Part shown: in pieces, positions 19,397 to 29,391 of the stretch
Position numbering within the stretch: position 1 is the first letter of the stretch
Layout of the letters: each line of letters opens with the position of its first letter
IMG/VR virus record: IMGVR_UViG_3300034061_004620
Source: a virus
Taxonomy: Duplodnaviria > Caudoviricetes
DNA: 64,000 nt
Strand: one strand, 5' to 3'
The notes under the pieces: model-generated
What the model was told of the DNA's origin: nothing
Database searches by the model: none
What the model saw: the letters and a program-made list of their open reading frames with translations, nothing else
Translations under genes and position numbers: made by a program

Positions 19397-21046
19397 ATGG
19401 CCTATGTTAAACCCAGCGCCGGCCGAGGCGATCGAAGACAAAATACTACCAACTACGAGCACCCACAAGAAACTAATCTATTAGATCTCCATCGTGCCAT
19501 GGAGTATGACCTTGCAGGCAAACCTATAATTCGTGTAATCTCCAAATTGGCAGGTCCCGAAGTTGCAGGGCAAGTTACTGCATTTGGCGAACCTTTAGCT
19601 ATATCGCCTACTGCTGTTATTCAGTTAGATGCTATCTACGGAACCACAACAGATGTAATACAAACATACACCAGTGGCACAGGATCGTCAGCTGGATCAA
19701 ACGCACAGATATTTAGAGTACAATCTGGTACCACACAAGGTGGCTATGGCGTATTACGATCAAAACGATTCATGCGATATCGCCCGGGACAGGGTGTGGT
19801 CACAAGATTTACCGCAGCCTTTACACAGGGTGTAGCAGGTAGCCTACAGTTTGCCGGCTTGGCCAATCAAGAAAACAGATTGATATTTGGGTTTGATGGA
19901 GATAGATTTGGCATTTGTCGTAGCACTGGTGGCAAAGCCACTATCTTGTTAATGACCATGACTGTGGCTCCCAATGCCACACAAACTGCCACCATTACCT
20001 TGAACGGTGTGGCCTACACAGTGGTATTAAGCAACACCACTGCTGAAGTTGCCATACAGACCATTACCAATCGTGCGGGCGGATACGGCGGATGGTTATT
20101 CCAACAAACAGACGGGGCTATGTTGTGGTTGGCACCAACACTGGGACCAATGACGGGTACTTTCAGTTTTACCAGCACCGGTAATGCACAAGCCACCTTT
20201 GAAGTCAAACAAGCAGGTATAGCACAGACCGACTACTGGACCTATCAAGAAGATTGGAATGTGGACCGATTGGATGGCAGCAACACCATTGCTACCAACC
20301 CCAGCGGCATGTTGCTTGATCCTACCAAATTGAATGTGTATCAAATCAACATGCGATGGTTGGGAGTAGGAGCCATCAGTTACGCAATAGAAGATCAAGC
20401 ATCGGGAACACTGATCTATGTGCATAGAGAACACTATACTAACCAATATACCGTTCCGCATATTGATAACCCCAGCTTTAAAATTACCTATGCCGCAGTC
20501 AACACTACCAACGCCACCAATCTTGCAGTGATTGGTGCCAGCATGTATGGTGCAATAGAAGGCACCATAAATCAAAATGAGTTGACTCGTAGCAAAAACA
20601 CCAGTAAATCAAATTTGGCACAAAACCAAGTGCATCACTGCTTGACTATCAAAAACAGTGTGGTCACCAATGGCCTGGCCGGAGCCAACAATGGCAATTA
20701 TGTTATCAATGCCAAAGAAGCCATCGTCAAACAGTTGAGTTTTAGTATACAAGGACAGGATCCAGCTGATGTGTATCTATTTTTTGACCCCACCAGTTTG
20801 TCAGCGCCACACTTGTACAACAATATCAACTACAACAATGAAGTGTTTAGCACTGTCACAGGCACATTCAATCTTGCCATAGATACTGCTATTTGGTCCG
20901 GCATTGTGGGTATCAATGGCACAATCAATATTGATCTCAGTGCTTATCGTATTACCATACCACCCGGTAGTCAAGTCAGCATTGCTGTAGAAAGTACCGG
21001 GTCAATAAGTCGCATGGACTGTTCGCTAACTTGGTCAGAAGATTAA
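19397..21046 (+). CDS. Putative virion structural protein (beta-rich, lectin-like)
   Basis: 549 aa Gly/Thr/Ala-rich protein in a late operon. Confidence 0.55.
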   Translation: MAYVKPSAGRGDRRQNTTNYEHPQETNLLDLHRAMEYDLAGKPIIRVISKLAGPEVAGQVTAFGEPLAISPTAVIQLDAIYGTTTDVIQTYTSGTGSSAGSNAQIFRVQSGTTQGGYGVLRSKRFMRYRPGQGVVTRFTAAFTQGVAGSLQFAGLANQENRLIFGFDGDRFGICRSTGGKATILLMTMTVAPNATQTATITLNGVAYTVVLSNTTAEVAIQTITNRAGGYGGWLFQQTDGAMLWLAPTLGPMTGTFSFTSTGNAQATFEVKQAGIAQTDYWTYQEDWNVDRLDGSNTIATNPSGMLLDPTKLNVYQINMRWLGVGAISYAIEDQASGTLIYVHREHYTNQYTVPHIDNPSFKITYAAVNTTNATNLAVIGASMYGAIEGTINQNELTRSKNTSKSNLAQNQVHHCLTIKNSVVTNGLAGANNGNYVINAKEAIVKQLSFSIQGQDPADVYLFFDPTSLSAPHLYNNINYNNEVFSTVTGTFNLAIDTAIWSGIVGINGTINIDLSAYRITIPPGSQVSIAVESTGSISRMDCSLTWSED

Positions 21047-21056
21047 ACCAAAACAG

Positions 21057-21106
21057 TTGACATACTTCTCTTAGTATACTATACTCAACACACAATTCTA
21101 TAAATA
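21057..21106 (+). promoter_or_regulatory. Tandem sigma70 and late promoter
   Basis: TTGACA(21057)-17-TATACT(21080) and TATAAATA (21099-21106). Confidence 0.75.
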
Positions 21107-21112
21107 CACGCT

Positions 21113-22819
21113 ATGTTATTTGGATCACTAATCATGTTGGTGGCCATTACCATTTCGGCAATTGCTGCTTGGTATTCGGTCGCTGGTCTTACTGCCATAT
21201 TCAGTGCAGCAGTCATCCCTGTTATCATCATGGGAGGCGCACTGGAAGCCGGTAAATTGGTTGCCACGGTTTGGCTACACAACAATTGGCGTAGAGCCGG
21301 TTGGGCATTTAAAACATATCTGATTCCTGCCATTGTGTTTCTCATGCTGTTGACCAGTATGGGTATATTTGGTTTCTTGAGCAAGGCACATTCGGATCAA
21401 AGCCTGGTAACCGGTGATGCCACCAGCCGGGTTGCCATCTATGATGAAAAGATTGCCACCGAACGAGAAAACATAGCACAAGCAAAGAAGGCACTTGAGC
21501 AAATGAATGCACAAGTAGATCAAATGCTTGGTAGAACAGATACAGAGCGTGGAACAGAGAGAGCAGTTGTTATTCGTAAACAACAGGCCAAAGAACGAGC
21601 CGCGTTACAAACAGAAATTGCAAAAAGTCAAAAAAACATACAACAGTTACAGGCTGAACGAGCACCATTTGCTGCTGAAGCCAGAAAAGTAGAGGCCGAA
21701 GTAGGACCAATAAAATATATTGCTGCTCTTATATACGGCGACAATCCTGACCAAAACGTTCTTGAGCGGGCTGTACGTTGGGTTATTATTCTTATTGTTG
21801 TTGTATTTGATCCATTGGCTCTAACACTTATTCTTGCTGCCAACAAACAGTTCGAATGGGCAAGAGCCGGTAAGGGTGGTTGGGTACATGATGAGGAAGA
21901 AAAAACGGTTTCAGCAGTTACCGCGACAGAAGAACCAAAAGAAGAGTCGCCACCTCAACCTGATTATCCGGCCGATGATGGACCTCTCACCGAGGATCAA
22001 TTGAAACAAATTCAAACTACTGTAGATTGTGGCAACTGTCCTAAGTGTGAAACAAAACTAACATACGCACCAGGTATTGGTCCATTCTGTCCCAACAAAC
22101 AATGTGATGTTGTAGACGGGATCAACACAGTTGGTAGTACTGAGGAATTTTTTGAACAAGCACATTTTGCAGCACAAACAGCAGACATGTTAGATGAACA
22201 GCAACGTGCCGAGTATGCCAACCAAGAAATAAGCAAGATTGAACCCGAACATGATCTTGATATACCGGTACTGGAAAATGAAGAAATGTGGGCCAGTAGG
22301 GTAATAGACGAACAGGCAAAAGGTCTGCTCGAGCCGCCGCCTTCACCGCCGAATGTACCAATGGCCAAAATAGAGCCCGAGCCTGCCACACCTGCGGTTG
22401 ATGAATTTAACACTCCGATACGTAGGGGAAATGACTACGCAGTAAGATACAAGGGCAAAGTTTATAACCTGGATGCATTCAATAAACTGTATCCCAGCAT
22501 GGCCATCAGCGCCGATAACGACAGATTAGAAGAAGCCAGCCAGTGTGGATTTGGAGATAGATTTCCTGAATCTCCCATGAAAGGCGATATGTTTATAAGA
22601 ACAGACTATTTACCAGATCGCTTATTTAAATGGAATGGCACCAAGTGGATAGAAGTTGACAAAAACTCTACTGACAGCTATACTTACAATCAAGCCTATA
22701 TACAGCATCTTATTAGCAAGCTCGAAGCAGGCGAATATGAAATTGAGGATTTGAGTGATGCTGAGCAGGCACAGGTAGAACAACAAATTGAAGAAATTTT
22801 AAAAACCAAACGTGTATAG
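21113..22819 (+). CDS. Multi-TM membrane protein with coiled coil and internal Zn-ribbon-like segment
   Basis: N-terminal TMs, coiled coil, further TM, CGNCPKC...FCPNKQC. Confidence 0.7.
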   Translation: MLFGSLIMLVAITISAIAAWYSVAGLTAIFSAAVIPVIIMGGALEAGKLVATVWLHNNWRRAGWAFKTYLIPAIVFLMLLTSMGIFGFLSKAHSDQSLVTGDATSRVAIYDEKIATERENIAQAKKALEQMNAQVDQMLGRTDTERGTERAVVIRKQQAKERAALQTEIAKSQKNIQQLQAERAPFAAEARKVEAEVGPIKYIAALIYGDNPDQNVLERAVRWVIILIVVVFDPLALTLILAANKQFEWARAGKGGWVHDEEEKTVSAVTATEEPKEESPPQPDYPADDGPLTEDQLKQIQTTVDCGNCPKCETKLTYAPGIGPFCPNKQCDVVDGINTVGSTEEFFEQAHFAAQTADMLDEQQRAEYANQEISKIEPEHDLDIPVLENEEMWASRVIDEQAKGLLEPPPSPPNVPMAKIEPEPATPAVDEFNTPIRRGNDYAVRYKGKVYNLDAFNKLYPSMAISADNDRLEEASQCGFGDRFPESPMKGDMFIRTDYLPDRLFKWNGTKWIEVDKNSTDSYTYNQAYIQHLISKLEAGEYEIEDLSDAEQAQVEQQIEEILKTKRV

Positions 22820-23171
22820 TAACTTTATAACCCCTCCGGATTTTGTTGAAGATCAATTCCACACTGTGACTGTGGTCAATGCCACTGACCAGGAAGTTGA
22901 ATTGTTAGGTCGTATGTGCAAAGGCAGCGACGATCAATTCAACATTTATCTTTACAAAGCAGCCATGAATGACTTGCCATGGTTAAAAAAGGCCGTGGAT
23001 TTGAGTGATGCTGTGATAGTCAACACCGACGGCTTAGACAGTGTTCTCGAGGATCTGCTGGTTTTAGACAAAACACATTATTATGGCCAGCGTGACTTTT
23101 TGGTCAAAGCTCAGCAAGTGCAAAATGTGTTTCAGTATTTTGCTGTAAGATATCACGAACAAAATAAATAA
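22812..23171 (+). CDS. Hypothetical protein
   Basis: 119 aa, GTG start overlapping the previous stop. Confidence 0.65.
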   Translation: MYSNFITPPDFVEDQFHTVTVVNATDQEVELLGRMCKGSDDQFNIYLYKAAMNDLPWLKKAVDLSDAVIVNTDGLDSVLEDLLVLDKTHYYGQRDFLVKAQQVQNVFQYFAVRYHEQNK

Positions 23172-23411
23172 ATGATGTTTGATAAATCTAATAAAGTTAC
23201 CGGTAACCGAGTTGTAGTTGTAAACGACAACGTTGAAAAAGCTCTACGCAAATTCAAAAAGAAAGTGGCCGAAAGCGGACTGCTGCAAGAATTGCGCGAG
23301 CGCGAACACTACGAAAAACCCACCACTGCACGTAAAAAGGCCAAAGGTGCAGCGCGACGCCGCTGGAAAAAACGTTTGGCTGACGAGCAGCTACCCAAAA
23401 AACTATTCTAA
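23172..23411 (+). CDS. rpsU: Ribosomal protein bS21
   Basis: [12 protein letters not shown]...[19 protein letters not shown]. Confidence 0.92.
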   Translation: MMFDKSNKVTGNRVVVVNDNVEKALRKFKKKVAESGLLQELREREHYEKPTTARKKAKGAARRRWKKRLADEQLPKKLF

Positions 23412-23656
23412 TGTACGTGGAGTTTCGCTTGCCAATGGGTGCAGGCGGAGCAGCCGCGGGCACAGCTCTTGCTCAAATCAATATAGACATAGATAATTGG
23501 GTAAGGAACAACAATATAAAACACTGGAAATGTAAACTTCACAAGTACACATATAGATTGTGTTTGAGCGGTGCTGAAGATTACACACATTTTGCGTTGA
23601 CCTGGGATCCTGAATATGCAGCATCACGAAATTTTGAATTTAAAAATCCAAAATAG
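23411..23656 (+). CDS. Small protein, distant member of the F..L.W family
   Basis: C-terminal LCLSGAEDYTHFALTW. Confidence 0.6.
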   Translation: MYVEFRLPMGAGGAAAGTALAQINIDIDNWVRNNNIKHWKCKLHKYTYRLCLSGAEDYTHFALTWDPEYAASRNFEFKNPK

Positions 23657-23691
23657 TTGCAATCAATCACAAAATCGTGTATAAATATACA

Positions 23692-23745
23692 TGTAGCGCC
23701 GACAGGGCTACACAGTCATACTTGCTTATTTGAAAGGAGAAAATT
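23692..23745 (+). promoter_or_regulatory. Putative ROSE-like RNA thermometer in hsp20 5' UTR
   Basis: 5' hairpin TGTAGC..GCTACA, then TTGCT (23722) opposite SD AAGGAG (23734). Confidence 0.5.
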
Positions 23746-24198
23746 ATGACACAATTCAGTATCAACACCCTTGACCTTCCACAACTATCTGCACAAATCC
23801 ATCGTCATGCGATTGGTTTTGATCGCTTGTTTGACGAGTTAGGCCGTACCTGGGCTAACAGCGCCAAAGCAGAAAACTATCCTCCATACAACATCATTAA
23901 AGTTGATGAAAACAACTGGGCTATCCAAGTTGCAGTTGCCGGCTTTGGAGAGGATGAGTTAGACATTGAACGCAAGGACAATGTTTTATACATCAAGGGC
24001 GAGCGTAAAGCCAAAGACGAACAAGAGTATATCCACCGTGGTATCAGTGCTCGTACTTTCAATCGCTCATTTACTCTTAATGAAAATGTTGAAGTAAAAG
24101 GTGCCACAGTAATTAACGGCATCTTGGCAATCAGTCTTGAGCATATTGTTCCTGAAGAACAAAAGCCCAAAAAGATTGCAATCACTTTTGCTAAGTAA
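23746..24198 (+). CDS. Small heat shock protein Hsp20 (IbpA-like)
   Basis: IGFDRLF, NYPPYNI, AVAGF, HRGISARTF, NGILAI. Confidence 0.95.
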   Translation: MTQFSINTLDLPQLSAQIHRHAIGFDRLFDELGRTWANSAKAENYPPYNIIKVDENNWAIQVAVAGFGEDELDIERKDNVLYIKGERKAKDEQEYIHRGISARTFNRSFTLNENVEVKGATVINGILAISLEHIVPEEQKPKKIAITFAK

Positions 24199-24210
24199 TA
24201 TAGTGTAATA

Positions 24211-24235
24211 CAGTAGGAGCATCCTGCTCCTACTG
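24211..24235 (+). terminator. Stem-loop after hsp20 (terminator or stabiliser)
   Basis: CAGTAGGAGCA-TCC-TGCTCCTACTG perfect 11-bp stem; weak U tract. Confidence 0.55.
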
Positions 24236-24239
24236 AAAT

Positions 24240-24563
24240 TTGAATACTACAATGAGTAAAGCCGAAACTATTAACAAACCTAAAATTGCAGTAAAACAAA
24301 CTATCCAACCTCCAAGTTTGTTTAACGTTATCTATATGAACGATAATGTAACAACCATGGAATTTGTTATAGAAAGCTTGAAAAGTATTTTTCATCATGA
24401 TGAAAATACTGCATATGAACTAACCAAAAAAATACACGAGGATGGTAGCAGTATAGTAAAAACTCTGCCATACGAAATTGCTGAGCAAAAAGGTGTCGAA
24501 GCAACCTTGTTGGCTCGTACAAATGGATTTCCTCTTTCAATTAAACTCGAACCAGCCAATTAA
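24240..24563 (+). CDS. clpS: ATP-dependent Clp protease adaptor ClpS
   Basis: VIYMNDNVTTMEFV, IHEDG, YEIAEQK, FPL. Confidence 0.9.
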   Translation: MNTTMSKAETINKPKIAVKQTIQPPSLFNVIYMNDNVTTMEFVIESLKSIFHHDENTAYELTKKIHEDGSSIVKTLPYEIAEQKGVEATLLARTNGFPLSIKLEPAN

Positions 24564-25036
24564 TGATATTCAATAAAATTCGTGAGCTTAAGGACAAGGG
24601 ACTTAAGATTGGGATTACTTTTTCGACTTTTGATTTATTTCACGCCGGACATGTGGCAATGTTGGCTGAGGCTAAGAATCACTGCGATTATCTTATCGCC
24701 GGGCTCCAGACAGACCCAACAATTGACCGTCCGGATACAAAAAATAGACCAGTCCAGAGTATTGTGGAAAGACAAATTCAACTGGCAGCATGCCGTTATG
24801 TTGATGAAGTTGTTGTTTACCAGACCGAACAAGATCTGATTGACATTATCTTGACTTTACCAATTGATGTGCGTATACTTGGTGTTGAATACGAAGGTAA
24901 ACCATTTACTGGTGAAGAAGAAGGTTACAATAGAGGTATTGAGTTAGTATTCAACAAACGCGATCATTCTTTTAGTTCAAGCAGTTTACGACGTAGAGTA
25001 GCAGCAGCCGAAGCTGATCGAGCCCTAAGGAGTTAG
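24563..25036 (+). CDS. Cytidylyltransferase-like nucleotidyltransferase (TagD/RfaE-C-like)
   Basis: FDLFHAGH (HxGH), ER..QLAACRYVDEV, SSSSLR. Confidence 0.88.
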   Translation: MIFNKIRELKDKGLKIGITFSTFDLFHAGHVAMLAEAKNHCDYLIAGLQTDPTIDRPDTKNRPVQSIVERQIQLAACRYVDEVVVYQTEQDLIDIILTLPIDVRILGVEYEGKPFTGEEEGYNRGIELVFNKRDHSFSSSSLRRRVAAAEADRALRS

Positions 25037-25038
25037 CA

Positions 25039-25593
25039 ATGGATATAATGCTTGACATAGAAACACTAAGCACTCGCCCATGGTCGGTTATTCTTACTTT
25101 GGGTGCAGTCAAATTCAGTCCTTGGGAGTCAGATGTTGACACAGAGTCTGGGTTGTATGTTCGTCCCGATGTGGATGAACAACTGAATATGAACAGGCAT
25201 GTTCAAGATGAAACAGTGACCTGGTGGGGCACTCAACCCGACGAAGTCAGAGAAGAAGCTTTAGGCACCAATGGTCGAATCAGCATCAATGAAATGTTGG
25301 ATCAATTGAATCGCTTCTTGGTTGGAGCAGACAACATTTGGTGCCAAGGTCCGGCATTTGATATTGTAATCTTAGAAGATTTATATAGACAAATGGGACG
25401 CCCAACTCCGTGGCAGTTTTGGCAAATCAGAGACAGTCGCACATTGTTTAGTGTACACGGTGATCCAAGAGAAAAAGGTCGTCATGGTGCTCATAACGCT
25501 TTAATAGATTGTTATTATCAGGCACGTGCCGTACAACAGATATACAAAGATGCAGGTATCAAAAAACGTACATATGAAAGCGTAACCAAATAA
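25039..25593 (+). CDS. DEDDh 3'-5' exonuclease (Rv2179c-like)
   Basis: MLDIETL, FDIVIL, RDSRT, HNALIDC. Confidence 0.85.
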   Translation: MDIMLDIETLSTRPWSVILTLGAVKFSPWESDVDTESGLYVRPDVDEQLNMNRHVQDETVTWWGTQPDEVREEALGTNGRISINEMLDQLNRFLVGADNIWCQGPAFDIVILEDLYRQMGRPTPWQFWQIRDSRTLFSVHGDPREKGRHGAHNALIDCYYQARAVQQIYKDAGIKKRTYESVTK

Positions 25594-25904
25594 TGGACAT
25601 AATTTTTTCAAGGAAAGTAGCCGAGGAATTGTCGGAAAGATACACAGTCTTAGAGTTAGAACCACACATAGTAGAAGACAAAGTATTAGAAACATTTTGT
25701 GTTATTGAAAGCGATAAAATTCCTTTAAACGAAGTTACAATGTTAGAGCACTGGAAAAAACTACATAGAGAATTCGTACAGGCCAACAAAGAAAAAAATG
25801 GAAAGTTATGTAATGATCTTGCTGTATATCTAACAGGTAAGTTTGGTGGCGAATTAGATGAATTCTATGATATAGTTCGTAATCGTTATTTAGACCAACA
25901 GTAA
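25593..25904 (+). CDS. Hypothetical protein
   Basis: 103 aa, TAATG coupling. Confidence 0.7.
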   Translation: MDIIFSRKVAEELSERYTVLELEPHIVEDKVLETFCVIESDKIPLNEVTMLEHWKKLHREFVQANKEKNGKLCNDLAVYLTGKFGGELDEFYDIVRNRYLDQQ

Positions 25905-25921
25905 GCATTTAATTTTTTCTC

Positions 25922-26012
25922 AAAGCTCCTTAAATAATATAAAAGGAGCTTTTTCTATTAAAAAAATTCTATAACAGCTCCGTAATAAAAAGGTCACGAA
26001 AGACCAGGAGCT
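25922..26012 (+). promoter_or_regulatory. Terminator hairpin enclosing a late promoter, plus an RBS-sequestering hairpin
   Basis: AAAGCTCCTT/AAGGAGCTTT stem around TTAAATA; second AGCTCC (25976) complementary to SD-containing GGAGCT (26007). Confidence 0.6.
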
Positions 26013-26015
26013 AAA

Positions 26016-26480
26016 ATGAAAAAAGTATTACTTGCAGTTGTATTATTAACATCATCGACAGTTTATGCTGTTGATCCTATCATTACAGATTCTACATCTC
26101 GTAGCGTAACAGAATCTACATCTACTACCACAGTTAAATCTCCACCACCTACAGCAGTAGCACCCGCTATCACAACACTCAACAATGATCTTTGTGCAGT
26201 TGCGGCTTCTGGTGCTGTACAGACACAAATTTTTGGTATCTCTGTTGGTAAAACGTTTGTAGATAAAAACTGTGAACGTCTAAAATTATCTAAAACACTA
26301 TTTGACATGGGCATGAAGGTTGCTGCGGTTGCTGTAATGTGTCAAGACGAGCGGGTGTTTACTGCTATGATGAATGCCGGTACGCCATGTCCAGTTGATG
26401 GCAAAATTGGTGAAGCAGCAAGAGAAATATGGGATGCTGATCCAAAGCGGCAACCACAAAATGTAAAGAGCAAGGATTAA
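26016..26480 (+). CDS. Secreted Cys-containing protein
   Basis: Signal peptide MKKVLLAVVLLTSSTVYA; four Cys. Confidence 0.75.
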   Translation: MKKVLLAVVLLTSSTVYAVDPIITDSTSRSVTESTSTTTVKSPPPTAVAPAITTLNNDLCAVAASGAVQTQIFGISVGKTFVDKNCERLKLSKTLFDMGMKVAAVAVMCQDERVFTAMMNAGTPCPVDGKIGEAAREIWDADPKRQPQNVKSKD

Positions 26481-28747
26481 TGAAACAGGTCCTGGCATTG
26501 GTATTGTTAGGTCTTTTGAATTTAGCTAACGCTCAAAGTGTAGAAACAACACCTAACCAAATTACTTCCGGTAATACACATACTTGGACGGGTGTGACCA
26601 CAGGTACATTACCGTCGACCTACATGCCAGGTGGTCCGCAACCTATATACGATCCGGCCACTAACACTATTAGTTTCAGTTACGGGCAAGCGACAGCGGC
26701 ACAAACTTTTGCTATTAACCAGGCATTACAAAATGCTGGTGCAGGCATTACTGTACAAGGATACAGTTATTCCTGGGACATTCGTAATATGAATGGTGAT
26801 AACAGACAACCAACTACTGATACATTGACCGCTACTGTCAATACCTATGCCGCAAATAACACTACTATTCGAAGAACTGATACATGGACTTATAACACTA
26901 AAATTGACTGGACTACATTTAGTGGTATTATAAATTACAACAATCCTGGAGCACCAAGTACTTTCGGAAACCTAACTGTTCAGTTCAGTGGTACAGATGT
27001 AGGATTCTGGGCAGGATATTTTGGTCCACAGATTCGTAATGTTAGTATTGGATTGAATTATACCGTTGATCCTTGCTTTAGTAATCCAGCATATTCGCCG
27101 ACCTGTGCAAATTATAACACGGTAAGTATTAGTGAAAATTTATTATCCGGTATCACTGGACCACAAGCCTATGCTATTAATCAGGCACTATCTTTTGCCG
27201 GCGCCGGCGCAACTATACATGGATTCAACTACGGATACAATTATAGCGTTGCCGGAAGATCATGCGCTGTATGGGATTTTTTCGGACTTTGTTTATCTGG
27301 GTACAATTATTCCGATGCCGGAGTCAACATTTCTTTAACAAATAGTAGTGGTGCTACCATATATTCAGAAAGCAACACACACAACGGTGGTGACAATGGT
27401 ACCAGCGGCACATATTCTAAACAGTACAGATTAAGTGCAAGTGTTCCTATGTCTACTCTGGGAACATTTAGCATGAATCCATGGACTTCGGGTTCCGCAA
27501 GTATTACCAATATGTATAGTAGTGCAGTATACACAGCAGATCCATGTGTATCTAATCCTTTATCAAGCAATACTTGTTCGGGCTACGCAGCAGCGTATTA
27601 CAATCAACAATGTAGTTTAAATGCATTGTACGATTCTGGTTGTCCTGGCTATGCTCAGGCGGTGTTCGCACAACAATGCAATATCAATCAATTATCAGAT
27701 CCTGCTTGTCCAGGGTATGCGGTTGCATATTTAAATTACCAATGCTCGTTGAATTCTCTATACAGCACAACATGTTCTGGGTATTCGACTGCATTGAGCC
27801 AGTGTAATGTAAATCCATTGGGTAATTCAATGTGTCCGGCGTATCAAACTGCAACCACTCAATGTAGTTTAAATCCTTTGTACGGTTCTTATTGTCCTGG
27901 ATATACCGCAGCACAGAACACCTGCACAACAAATCCGTTGAGCAATTCTTTATGTACAAATTATCAAACTGCAACTACCAGTTGCTCTGCAGATCCTTTA
28001 TATGGAGCATATTGCCCAGGATATGCTTTTGCTTATTCTTGTAGTCAAGATGGGTTGTATAGCAATCAATGTCCTAACTACGCAGAGGCTTACGCTAAAA
28101 AGAATATTTTGAATATTGGATCATCAACCACAACAACGACTAATACAACTTCGTCTACAATTGTGTTAGCACAAGCATCGGATCCTGTTGCACAAGCAGC
28201 ACCTGTAGTTGCAGATCCGGTAGTTAATAGTGTTGTTACCACAAGAAGTACAGCCGCCACCAGTGAAACAAATCCTGCTGCGGCAGTTAAATTAACTGCA
28301 CCATCAACAACAACTGCTACCGCTGTACAAGAATCGGCCACTAAAGAAAATAAAAAATCTGAAACTACTACTACCGCTGCTACTTCAAAGGATGGAGTAA
28401 GACCTGACAGGCCTACTACTGCCAGAGAAGCTGTTGCAGAACAAAGACGTGAAGCAGCTAAGAAAGAAGCGGTACAAAAAGGTAAAGATTTAGCCAATGA
28501 AATGGGCAAGGCAGCAGATATGCAGGCGCAAATGGAAGTACAAAATGTAGTTATTCAGGCTATGGGATATAGTCCAGGGTTCGATAATTACGGTAGATTT
28601 ATACTACCGGACGGTCAAGCATATCGACCATATACCATTTATAACAATCAGCGTACTGTAGATACACCAGCAGGGCGAGGATTATTTGGGGGCAGCGATG
28701 GTGTCCATCAAAGAATGGTCGATTCACAATATAACTTAGGAAATTAA
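26480..28747 (+). CDS. Large secreted protein with ten C-x9-C-x2-Y repeats
   Basis: Signal peptide, two beta-rich domains, repeats such as CSLNPLYGSYCPGY, Thr/Ala linker. Confidence 0.8.
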   Translation: MKQVLALVLLGLLNLANAQSVETTPNQITSGNTHTWTGVTTGTLPSTYMPGGPQPIYDPATNTISFSYGQATAAQTFAINQALQNAGAGITVQGYSYSWDIRNMNGDNRQPTTDTLTATVNTYAANNTTIRRTDTWTYNTKIDWTTFSGIINYNNPGAPSTFGNLTVQFSGTDVGFWAGYFGPQIRNVSIGLNYTVDPCFSNPAYSPTCANYNTVSISENLLSGITGPQAYAINQALSFAGAGATIHGFNYGYNYSVAGRSCAVWDFFGLCLSGYNYSDAGVNISLTNSSGATIYSESNTHNGGDNGTSGTYSKQYRLSASVPMSTLGTFSMNPWTSGSASITNMYSSAVYTADPCVSNPLSSNTCSGYAAAYYNQQCSLNALYDSGCPGYAQAVFAQQCNINQLSDPACPGYAVAYLNYQCSLNSLYSTTCSGYSTALSQCNVNPLGNSMCPAYQTATTQCSLNPLYGSYCPGYTAAQNTCTTNPLSNSLCTNYQTATTSCSADPLYGAYCPGYAFAYSCSQDGLYSNQCPNYAEAYAKKNILNIGSSTTTTTNTTSSTIVLAQASDPVAQAAPVVADPVVNSVVTTRSTAATSETNPAAAVKLTAPSTTTATAVQESATKENKKSETTTTAATSKDGVRPDRPTTAREAVAEQRREAAKKEAVQKGKDLANEMGKAADMQAQMEVQNVVIQAMGYSPGFDNYGRFILPDGQAYRPYTIYNNQRTVDTPAGRGLFGGSDGVHQRMVDSQYNLGN

Positions 28748-28748
28748 A

Positions 28749-29381
28749 ATGTCAGACAAAAACAAAAACATCGACGAAAAAGTCGAAGAACTCGAAGCTG
28801 CTAAGGAAAAATATCTTAGCGAAAATACTGTTATCAGCATTGGTGGATATGCGTTTACTCCGGCCAAATTAATGATAGCGGCCACTATTGTTAGTACCGT
28901 ATTAGGTGGTCTGTATGGGGCCTTTGAAATATACAAAGACTACATGGACATGAAAGACAAAATAGCCAATTATGTAACACCAGATCTTGGCGAAATTTAC
29001 AAGAAATTAGAAGTACTTGAAGCAAGCACAAATAAAACAGTAGAATACAGTCAAGACATCAAGAATGATCTCAAAGGCGATATTCGTAGATTAGAAAACG
29101 TGGTTGAAAGCGTAGAACGTGACAGCAAGGTAGCACAACGCGAAACAGATAAAAGTGTACAGGATGCTCGTAAAGATGTAAGAGAAACCAAGGTCGAGGT
29201 TGATAAGATTACTCGTCAACTTGAAAAAGACACAACTCAACAAAACAAAGAATTACAGCGTCAAGTTGATGCAGCAGTGAGACAACTGCAAAAGGAAAAT
29301 GAGGCTGAAATAAAACAATTACGTCGAGAACTGGACGATAAAATCAAAAAAGCATTAGATAATCCATTGGCCAACAAATGA
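28749..29381 (+). CDS. Single-TM coiled-coil protein
   Basis: TM LMIAATIVSTVLGGLYGAF then long heptad region. Confidence 0.75.
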   Translation: MSDKNKNIDEKVEELEAAKEKYLSENTVISIGGYAFTPAKLMIAATIVSTVLGGLYGAFEIYKDYMDMKDKIANYVTPDLGEIYKKLEVLEASTNKTVEYSQDIKNDLKGDIRRLENVVESVERDSKVAQRETDKSVQDARKDVRETKVEVDKITRQLEKDTTQQNKELQRQVDAAVRQLQKENEAEIKQLRRELDDKIKKALDNPLANK

Positions 29382-29391
29382 TATATACTAT

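Noticed and set aside
25992-26005. GGTCACGAAAGACC as a c-di-GMP-I riboswitch fragment
   Set aside because: Only a 4-bp hairpin; the GGCAAA/GNRA-receptor architecture of the riboswitch is absent
26480-28747. Cys-rich repeat protein as a radical SAM (RiPP) precursor
   Set aside because: It is large, has a Sec signal peptide and is not adjacent to either radical SAM gene; disulfides are the simpler explanation
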